Assembly (NCBI GenBank): GCA_951406725.2
Contig: OX597814.1
Location: forward strand, 162,130,001 to 162,194,000
Origin: Octopus vulgaris
Lineage: Eukaryota
Length of the DNA stretch: 64,000 bases
Direction: 5' to 3'
Shown: in pieces, positions 53,395 through 64,000 of the stretch
How positions within the stretch are numbered: position 1 is the stretch's first letter
How the letters are laid out: each line of letters starts with the position of its first letter
Made by a program: the position numbers and the translations under genes
Notes under the pieces: model-generated
Databases searched by the model: none
Told to the model about the DNA's origin: nothing
What the model saw: only the letters and a program-made list of their open reading frames with translations

Positions 53395-53830
53395 ATAATT
53401 GATGAAGGAAACAGAAGATGGATCTGGCATCAGTATATCAGTATGTTGATCGATTTGACCCCTCCTGTGGCTGACCTTTATGGGTGGGATGTTGTGCATC
53501 CAATTGTGCTGCATCACTGATGTGCAGTCTGGGTCACATCAGATACATGCATACATAAAGTGGTGTCATGCTAAATATATTGAGTTTTCGCAGTCATGTT
53601 GATGTTTGCTTGCTGTACCAGTGAATGGGGATAGTGAGAACTCAATATATTTAGCAGGACATCACTTTATGTATTTATGTACCTGTTGTGACCCAGACTG
53701 CACTAAACAATGTAACAACTGGATGCACAACATCCCACCCATAAAAGACAGTTGCAGGAAGGATTGAAACGATCGTTGTACTGAATAAAGACTAATGCCA
53801 AATCAGTCTTCCATTTCCTTCATCAATTAT
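53395..53830. mobile_element. Foldback/MITE-like element: ~195-bp inverted arms and ~45-bp loop
   Basis: Termini ATAATTGATGAAGGAAA / TTTCCTTCATCAATTAT; internal perfect complementary blocks of 26, 17 and 18 bp. Confidence 0.88.
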
Positions 53831-55794
53831 TATTATCGCAAACTAACACTGTGGAATTCCTGAAGTAGATCCAGCAGAAATATACCCCAACTGTGTATGA
53901 TACTAGGTAGCCCAAACTGTGAATGTGTACTAATTGACATATACCCATTAGTCCAAAATATTACATATATACATAAACAACAAGTAGTTTCTTCAATAAA
54001 AAAAAAAAAATCACTCATTTCCACTTTTAAATCTAATTTTGTCCCATGCTTATCAAGAATAAGACAAAATCCATTAGGTTGCCATTTCTCTTGTCAATGC
54101 TGAATACTCTACACCCTATTGTTAAAAGTGACTCGTAAAGTACAGGTATGCCTTAATAACACTTAGCATTTTACCAGCTTTAAAATGTATTTAAATATAT
54201 TAATAGCATAAGAAATATAACTTTGATAGGTTTTGGCCAATATAGGCCCGTGCCATGTCTAACTTAATAGCACCACCTGGCATATAATGGTATATTTTAT
54301 ATCTTTATTATTTATGTCTGACACTGCTTTGCTTGTAGGGATGTTGATGATGAAGGTTGAAAATGAAGGTGGAAGCAGAACATCATAATTGTCTGAGGAA
54401 CAAAAGCCAGGAATAACTTTAAAGGCTGTACGATCTATTGTGAGAACATTTGTTCTTATTGATCTTGCTATATACATGTGCAAGTTTGAATGAGCTGGAA
54501 ATCTGTGGAACCAACACACACATACACACCACATTTAGCTTTTAAATCTTCTGAGAAAGTTAGTTTTTCACTGATTTATGCTAAAGTATGTGTGGTCCTG
54601 CTGTTGGGCTTACATTCACATACTCAGAATTTCTTTTTTACATATCTTTCATTATTGAGAATCATTCCCAAATAACTATCATAGATTGTATTAATACAGA
54701 AAGTTTTATGAACTCATGTGTGCTTTGTAAAAATTATTACAACAATGGGCAGATTCATCAAATGAGGACTTGTCAGATTTATGACTTTTATACTTTTTTT
54801 ATCTCTTCAACTTCCCTTTATAATGCTCATCTTGTTTTTCAACATAACAGTACAACACTTCTTGCTATATCATTATTACCACTGGCTCCACTCTTACACA
54901 TCTAAGATATGTTCAGTGGGTAGAAAACCACAATTATGGATAACACCATGACATTACATAGAGACAATTGTTTTGTTTTACAGAATGAGGTTGACTAATG
55001 CCATCAACTGTGCAGCAGTTGGAGTTCTGAACTGATGCAAGTGTTCAAAATATGAATTAACAGATAGGACCTGTTCAAATCTTTGACAATTCATAACTTT
55101 AATGTTCATAACTTGTCAACAATGGCACTTGTATAATAAAATATTTTAAGTTAAAAGATAAAGCTTATATAAATATATAAGACAAAAAGAGATGAAGCAT
55201 TAGGTAATATATAACAGTTCTGGTATGGAAATTATCTTCCATACTGGATAATTTGTTCTTTGTTTTAAGAATACTTCTTTGTTAAAATTTAAAAATCTAA
55301 TTTAGTATCCATTCAATCTGTAGAAAGTTTTTTTTAAAAATATATATATAATCTTCAGCCACTACTAACCTAAATACCAAAAGGATCATCAATTTTGAAG
55401 AGTGGCATGTATCACTTGACTGGCAAACAAATTATATAACAGTAATGTTCCTTGTAATAAAAGAATAAAAACAGAAGTTGGCAGGATAATGTAAACTCAA
55501 AAGCCCAGGGAAATGGCAGGAGAAAGAATCACTTGAGAGATTGGGTTACTAACAAACTTCTTCTGCACAATTATCAAAGCAATCAGCTTGAATTCAATAG
55601 CTGATAATTGACTGACTTCATAAAATATACTCACTGACAAAGAGTTTCAGATATTTGAAATGAAACTAAACTATGTTTATAATTATAACAGGCAGGATTA
55701 GTTACAATAAAAATCCTAATACATTTTTAATCATCCTATATATAACGTATTTAAGAGATATTTATCTTTATACATATATGTGTAGGTGTAACTG

Positions 55795-56042
55795 AGACCT
55801 CTGGCAATTTGCTGTGCATGAGAAGACATGTCAAACTAAGTGAATCATGGTCATTACCAGTGTTGGTGACACAGAAAAAAACTCACAGTAGACTCTGTAA
55901 GGTGGTTAGCTTTATGGAAGAGCATCCAGCTGTAGAAACCAAGCCAAAACAAATGATTGGAGCCTGGTCCAGCTCTTTCATTTACCAGCTCAAGTTAAGC
56001 CATCTAACCCATGCCAGCAAGGAAAACGGACGTTAAATGATA
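55795..56042 (+). mobile_element. RTE 3'-end fragment
   Basis: gacctctggcaatttgctgtgcatgagaagac...catccagctgtagaaacc...ccatgccagcaaggaaaacggacgttaaatgat. Confidence 0.8.
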
Positions 56043-56115
56043 ACTATGCATACATACATATATACACACACACACACACATATACATATATGTATACACA
56101 TATACACACACACAT

Positions 56116-56477
56116 ACTCGTAGCACTCCGTCGGTTGCAACAGAAAGAGTTCCAGTTGATCAGATCAACGGAACAGCCTGCTCGTGAAATTAACGTGCAA
56201 GTGGCTGAGCACTCCACAGACATGTGTACTCTTAATGTAGTTCTCAGCGAGAGTCAGCATGACATGGGTAGCCCTTTGAAATACAGGTACAACAGAAACA
56301 GGAAGAAAGAGAGAGAAAGTTGAGGTGAAAAAGTACAGCAGGGATTGCCAATATACCCTACCGGAGCCACATGGAGCTTTAGGTGCTTTCGCTCAAACAC
56401 AATGCCCCATCTGTGATTTGAAACTGATCTTATGACCATGAATCCACTGCCCTAACCACAAGGCCATTGTGCCTTCG
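56116..56477 (-). mobile_element. tRNA-derived SINE of a second family
   Basis: Minus strand starts GAAGGCACAATGGCCTTGTGGTTAGGGC (A-box) with a decayed B-box (GTTTCAAATC); distinct body; flanked by microsatellites. Confidence 0.72.
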
Positions 56478-56479
56478 CA

Positions 56480-57458
56480 CACACACATATACAGATATAT
56501 AGACACACATGCATACATATATACATACATACGCACATATATACATACATATACACACACACACACACAAATATATATATATATACACATATATATACAC
56601 ATCTATATACATATACACACACACAAATATATATATATATACACATATATATACACATCTATATACATATACACATATATATACACATCTATATACATAT
56701 ACACATATATATACACATCTATATACATATACACATATATATACACATCTATATACATATACACACATATATACACATCTATATACATATACACACATAT
56801 ATATACACATCTATATACATATACACACATATATATACACATCTATATACATATACACACATATATATATACACATCTATATACATATACACATATATAT
56901 ACACATCTATATACATATACACATATATATACACATCTATATACATATACACACATATATATACACATCTATATACATATACACACATATATACACATCT
57001 ATATACATATACACACATATATATACACATCTATATACATATACACACATATACACATCTATATACATATACACACATATACACATCTATATACATATAC
57101 ACACATATACACATCTATATACATATACACACATATATATACACATCTATATACATATACACACATATACACATCTATATACACACACATATATATATAC
57201 ACACACATATAAATATATATATATACACATATATATACACATCTATATACATATACACATATATATATATACATATATATAAATATATATATATACATAT
57301 ACACACAAATATATATATACATTTATATACACATCTATATACATATACACAAATATATATATATATATGTACATATATATACACATCTATATACATATAC
57401 ACAAATATATATATATATATGTACATATATATACACATCTATATACATATACACATAA

Positions 57459-57493
<35 letters not shown>

Positions 57494-57649
57494 CATATAT
57501 ATACATCTACACACATAAATTATATACACACATATATATACATATACATACATAAATTATATACACACATATATATACATATACATACATAAATTATATA
57601 CACACATACAAATACATACATATACATACAAATATATACATATACATAC

Positions 57650-57680
<31 letters not shown>

Positions 57681-58531
57681 CATATATAAATATACATACA
57701 TATAAATATATACATATACATACATATAAATATATACATATACATACATATAAATATATACATATACATACATATAAATATATACATATACATACATATA
57801 AATATATACATATACATACATATAAATATATACATATACATACATATAAATATATACATATACATACATATAAATATATACATATACATACATATAAATA
57901 TATACATATACATACATATAAATATATACATATACATACATATAAATATATACATATACATACATATAAATATATACATATACATACATATACATACATA
58001 TAAATATATACATACATATAAATACATATACAATATATAAATATATACATACATATAAATATATACATACATATATAAATATATACATACATATACATAT
58101 ATACATACATATAAATATATACATACATATAAATATATACATACATATAAATATATACATACATATAAATATATACATACATATAAATATATACATACAT
58201 ATAAATATATACATACATATAAATATATACATACATATAAATATATACATATACATACATATAAATATATACATATACATACATATAAATATATACATAT
58301 ACATATAAAATATATACATATACATATATATAACATATATACATATACATACATATAAATATATACATATACATACATATAAATATATACATATACATAC
58401 ATATAAATATATACATATACATACATATAAATATATACATATACATACATATAAATATATACAAACATATGCATTATATATATATATACATAAACACATA
58501 TATATATATACACACACACATATATACACAC

Positions 58532-58580
<49 letters not shown>

Positions 58581-58590
58581 TATATACACA
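56480..58590. repeat. ~2.1 kb microsatellite-derived minisatellite (ACACATCTATATACATAT-type units, then CATATAAATATATACATATACATA-type units)
   Basis: Directly visible tandem arrays with a switch of unit around 57500-57700. Confidence 0.95.
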
Positions 58591-58865
58591 TCATCATCGT
58601 TTAACGTCCACTTTCCATGCTAGCGTAGCTTGGAGGATTTGAGTGAGGACTGGCAAACCAAATGGCTGCACCAGGCTCCAATCTGATCTGGCAGTGTTTC
58701 TATAGCTGGATGCCCTTCCGAAGAGAGTAGTGGGTGCTTTTACGTGCCACCGGCATGAAGGCCAGTCAGGCGGTACTGGCAACGGCCACGCTCAAATGGT
58801 GTTTTATACATGCCACCTGCACGGGAGCCAGTCCAGCAACACTAGTAAACGACTTTGCTTGAATA
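58590..58865 (-). mobile_element. RTE 3'-end fragment
   Basis: catcatcatcgtttaacgtcc...ggccagtcaggcggtactggcaac, matching the ends of the 8288 and 41455 copies. Confidence 0.88.
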
Positions 58866-58869
58866 TTTT

Positions 58870-59225
58870 TCATATACATATATATACACACACACACACA
58901 TACATATATATAAATATACATACGCATATATATACACACACACACATATATACATGCATATATGCACACACACACATATATACACACACATGTACACGTG
59001 TATATATATATATATATACATATATATCTTCATATACATATATCACATATATACATACATATATATATGCATATATGTACACATACATATATTTACACAC
59101 ACACACACACACATGTAATGAAATTTAAAATGAAATAGAGATTTTATTCAAAATTTTAAAATATATTTTATATATACACACACACACACACACACATATA
59201 TACATACACATGTGTGTGTGTGTGC
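58870..59225. repeat. (TA)/(CA) compound microsatellite
   Basis: Directly visible. Confidence 0.9.
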
Positions 59226-60936
59226 TTGAGTGAGAGAGTGAGAACCAAACTCGAAATCCTTTCTCAAATTGTCAACAATCACTTCTCTCTTGCAATGTAA
59301 CTGAAACTTCCTCCACACAGAAAGAACATCTCTCGGCTCTCTCTCATTAACGGCAATGGGTGCACCACATCTGCTTTATGGCTGACTCTAAACAATGTAC
59401 AGAGAATCCCTATGAAACTGTACAACCAAACATGTGTGTGTGCCCATGCATGTTATAATAGAGAGACAAGAATGCAAATAGGTGTGCAGACATATAACAT
59501 ACTGCCCTACCCATCTCTTTAACATAGACAGTGCTAAAGGGGTAGGTGGGTGGGCAGAAGATGATAAAGAGAAAGATGGAAAGAGATGACTGCATGTGAT
59601 ATAGTGACAAAAGATTCAAAGAGAGATCAAGATATACTATCTATGTTTCTATCTCTCCCTTCCTGTTATCACCCACTTCTCTCTCTCTCTCTCATGTATA
59701 TATATGAATTCCTAGAACATTATGAATACATATACATTTATAAAGTTACAGTATTTAAGTATAATTTACTATGAGGTTTTTAAAAGAAAAAAAAAACAAA
59801 CATCCTGTTTACTTTATTGCAATAGCTATGATTTCATTAGTTAGTTTTAAATTCATCTGCAAGCTATTTAATGCACAAAAGAAAAAGAAAAATACAAATA
59901 ATTTAACGAAACTGATTAAAAACCTTAATTATCTCTGATTAAAAATACAGATTTCTTAATGAAATGTTTCTATAAAAGAAGCAGAAAAGTAGGAAAGAGA
60001 AATAGGAGTAAGAGAGGATGAGAAAGAGATGAGGCAAACAGAAAAGCAAGTCAACAAGACAGACCGGAACTATACAAACAGTTAACGTCAATATAAACAT
60101 CCAGACGATTTGGGATAAGCAGAATATGTCAGGCTGACAATCTGAATACCAACAACAATATTACATAACTTTAAGTGAGGTGAGAAAAAATAATAATTTA
60201 CATTACATGATACACTAAGATAAGCTGCTTCAAGTTATGTCCAAGTACATCAAATCAATATCATTCTCTTTTTTTTTTCTTTATATATATATATATATTT
60301 ATATTTATTTTACTGTGGGTAGGGGTTAGACCGGCTTTCAAGCAACCTACCACATAAGTCATCAAGCCCATGAAAGCACTAAGATCTGAACTGGCCCTGT
60401 TAACACACATGGCGTTTCTAATTACATTGCTACTTGCATAAAAACACTTTATATAACAAATATCAATTCACTCAGCACACTAGAGAAAAACGAGTTAACA
60501 TTTAAAAAAGCAGAGAACAGCAACAGCACAAAATTTACAGAACAAAGCTCTTAACACTAATACTTCATAGTCAAATAGTTTAATATTGATATAAAATTTA
60601 TTAATTATGACTTTATTAACAAGTATTTGATTACATTTGTAATTTTAAGAGAAGAGGAAAATTTGAAAATCTTATAAGATGGTAAAAACAAAAAAAAAAA
60701 AGAAAGAAAATTTGAAAATCTTATAGGATAGGAGGAGCCAAATAACTTTAAAATCAGTGTGTGTTATATGCTGAAGTTGTGTGTCAAGACAACTGCTTAC
60801 AACTTAAAATTGTGCTGCACACATAACTGTCCATGCATTCTTTTGAAAACAGTATTAAGGGTGACTAGAATATTAAAGCAATTGTAGACAACCAAGGAAT
60901 GCTTTACCATACTATATAGCATGTCTTTTGTATAAT

Positions 60937-61171
60937 TATTTCATGACTGTATTTCCAATGAGATGGACTACATTTGTGATTCAATTACTTTTAAAATAAT
61001 CTGGAATTTGGTTTGAAAGAATTTAGTAAAATTATTTTATCATTGAGACGGTATTTCATGACTGTATTTCCAATGAGATGGACTACATTTGTGATTCAAT
61101 TACTTTTAAAATAATCTGGAATTTGGTTTGAAAGAATTTAGTAAAATTATTTTATCATTGAGACGGTATTT
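60937..61171. repeat. Exact tandem duplication, period 115 bp
   Basis: tatttcatgactgtatttcc...cattgagacgg occurs twice, with TATTT at all three junctions. Confidence 0.92.
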
Positions 61172-62233
61172 AGAACATAAAAAGTTCTGGTTTGACTACT
61201 ATTTAAAAAAAAAAAACTCTAGGAGAGGTAACTTTCTATCAGAGATATGTGTGTTGATATGAGACAACATTCAGAAAGGAAATGGTTTAACTATACAAAA
61301 ATACCCCTTAAGTACATTAAGCTTATTTTCCAAAACTCTCATAATCCATAAAGTAATTTAAAGCTTAATTCAGAAAAGTTATCCAAAAGATATTTTTGAA
61401 GTATTGGGGCACTGGTTTAAACATTTGCTAAACTACATCCATCAATTTTTAATGAAATTTTTCATAACTTTCATCAAAAATATAAGTTTTAAGAAATAAA
61501 AACTCACAGACTAGTGTAATGAATTAACTAGAAAACACATACTCTAAATGTAAAACCAAAATAAACATACGAATAAACATTAAACTAACTGAAGAATACT
61601 ACCTATTTCAGCCAGAATAACAATCATATGTTTCTAAACATCACAATAGAAAAAGGAAAGCTCACACAAATCTCACAAACAAATAGTTTTTCCTTTTAAC
61701 ATGAATTGCAGATTTTTTAATCTAAAAAATTATATTTCCTTTGTACAAATTTTAATAAAAAATAAAGTAAATAGATAATTAGTAAAGAGATGTAGTGTTA
61801 TGTGTCATTAATGGTGAAGATTTTAGCAAGATGTAGGTCAGTGTTCTAGTTATAGAATATGAGTGTCACCAGACTAGCATGGGAGCAGCACAAGGAAAGG
61901 CAGCAGGAAACAACTTAATGAAGCATGTTTTTAATATACATATTTCACAAAGTTATTTCATAATGAAAATGGTTCAGTACCAACACAACACTTTAAAACA
62001 TGTAACAGTAATTGTTACTTTTTAGTTTTCAGAATTAGTGTTAATATATATAATAAAATTTAATAATTACCAAAATTTACTCCTGAAACGAAAATGTACA
62101 AATTAAGCTTAAAATTTTAATGTATGGTAAGAGTTTCTATTCACCCAAGTGTTGTGTCAATACAAATACAAATGCCAGCACTAGTTCTACCATCACACCA
62201 TTGAGCTGTGCAGATGAAAAATTGCAAACTCAC

Positions 62234-62391
62234 CTTCTCGTTTCATTCCCATAGCCAAACATTTCATATAACGACAATACTGACATCGATTTCTTTGCCG
62301 TTTGTCAATGATACAGTTTCTGTCATCACGGCAAGCATAAGTAAGGTCTTTCCGCACAGTTCTCTTGAAGAACCCTTTACAGCCTTCACAA
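62234..62391 (-). CDS. RXR: RXR coding exon: P-box, second zinc finger and start of the T-box of the DNA-binding domain
   Basis: Manual translation gives (S)[52 protein letters not shown](A), a typical RXR/USP DBD. Acceptor ttttctctctaatag, donor GAAG|gtgagt; 158 nt, phase 2 in, phase 1 out. Not shown in this frame by the ORF track. Confidence 0.97.
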
Positions 62392-64000
62392 CTATTAGAG
62401 AGAAAATAAAATCAAAAATTAAATACATGATTCGACATTCTTTCAGATGAAAAATAATGAACATTTTAATTTCTATTAAAAGGCCATTGCAACACATTGC
62501 AGGGATAAAGGAAACTGTTGAATGTTTTTCTTAATTAAACTTTAAAATATTTTTAAATACTATAAAGTTAACATGAAAAGTATTTCAGAACAAACCAAGG
62601 TTAAATTTAAAATCTAGTTCCATAAATGCAATATATTGAGCACTGATATAATTTAATCCTTCCCCTCAAATTACATTGATGAATATTGTCAGCATTGAGT
62701 TTAAAATTATTCCTAACATTAGTTTCCAATGCAAAAATATTACATAAAAATATTAAATCACAAAAGAAAAACAAATCTTTTCAATTTCTTACAAATCTGA
62801 TACAAGATAATTTATCCATTATAGGAAAACACGCACAAACAAAAGTTGTCTATATTAAGCCAGTCACTCCAACCTTCTTCCATTCAATAGCTCATAATTA
62901 TTCAATTGTAATCTTTGTATACCGTTATTGTTCCACATTTAGCTAAATGAAATCTGATAATAGTTTTTCTTTTCTCAAACAAAAACTGATTCAGAAGAGT
63001 TTATACAAAATAACCCAAATCAGAACACTGAACTTTACAAATGAGCTGACTCAAGGTACATGAAAGAGATGAGATACTGAACACATGAACGTTGCTTAAT
63101 CTTTTCTTGACGTCAGAAACTAAATATGATGATATAGTATCATATCAAGCCAAATGAAGTGATAAATTTCTACTCTTAATTTGTATTCCCCTCTCTATAA
63201 TTCAACTTTTATGCCATTCACTAATTTTATTCAATCAAATTTGTTTATCTGACAATAGTACTTTGTTTATGTTTGCAATATTACCAAATAAAATGTTAGC
63301 TCTTTCAGTCTATGATGTGTGCTTTCAAATTTGCTTTGTGATCTCACAGTGAACATGAATTTAGCTATCTTTCTAGTCAATGATTTAATTTTAAAAACTT
63401 TCTTTTGAAATCAATTGCAATTTCTATAAGGTCACCAATCTTCAAAACCATAAGACATGGATCTCTACAGAGAAATCGAATGTCTTCATATATATTGCTT
63501 GTTTCTGGTACTTTGTTCTCCATTTTCATATTCTATTCTTTATTGCAATACAGGTGGAGTTAGTTCAACTAATCAGTACAGGATAGATGTGTGAGAACTT
63601 TCAAAGCAGCCCCCCTCCCCCATATCTGTCTGCTTATGGACACTTTTCATATTTTTGAAACATCTCCACATTAGTTATTTTAATTGAAGTGACCTGTGTT
63701 AACAATGGTAAAACTAGTGTTGGCATTATAGGAGCATCAAAAAGTTAACTGGAAAAACAACATGCTAACATTCTCTTTATGACTCTTAAACTGCTTTCAG
63801 TTTTGTTTTCTCTAGTTTTACAGTCTAGTTGATTTTAATGTGTATTTATCCCAAGCTGTCAGTAAATAGACAAGTCTACAATGCATTTCAATGTTATTTC
63901 ATCTGATTTATAGAAAGCTTAATTTCTTTCCTTTATTTAACTTTGTTTTTGGTTCAGATACCTTACTTCTTAGCCCTTTCATGACCATATTTCCATTGAA

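Larger units (their letters stand above)
2306..62233 (-). other. RXR: ~59.9 kb phase-1 GT-AG intron of RXR interrupting the T-box
   Basis: Joining the two flanking exons restores the continuous canonical motif [13 protein letters not shown], so no constitutive coding exon is needed between them. Confidence 0.93.

Noticed and set aside
56430-59128. Many overlapping ORFs
   Set aside because: Microsatellite artefacts.
1-64000. CRISPR arrays, operons, rRNA or true tRNA genes, and other RXR constitutive exons
   Set aside because: Eukaryotic intron; tRNA-like boxes belong to SINE heads. I could not find the first zinc-finger exon or later LBD exons, which probably lie outside the window.

Overview
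AT-rich animal genomic DNA, most likely from an octopus (inferred from a mollusc-type RXR sequence and the repeat landscape). Almost the whole window is one ~60 kb phase-1 intron (2306-62233) of the retinoid X receptor gene (RXR/NR2B) on the minus strand. The intron splits the T-box (MKRE|AVQEERQR) between the DNA-binding-domain exon (62234-62391) and the hinge/LBD helix-1 exon (2157-2305). It is filled with RTE and CR1-like LINE remnants, tRNA-derived SINEs, Tc1/mariner and hAT remnants, piggyBac-type and foldback MITEs, and kilobase-scale microsatellites. The most interesting signals are splicing-related: candidate in-frame T-box cassette exons (36 nt at 38710-38745; 48 nt at 7402-7449, ending in an AG|GT recursive-type site), candidate stop-containing exons that would give DBD-only RXR, and several long foldbacks that could form dsRNA in the pre-mRNA. 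All isoform and editing claims are hypotheses from sequence alone. Repeat boundaries are approximate.
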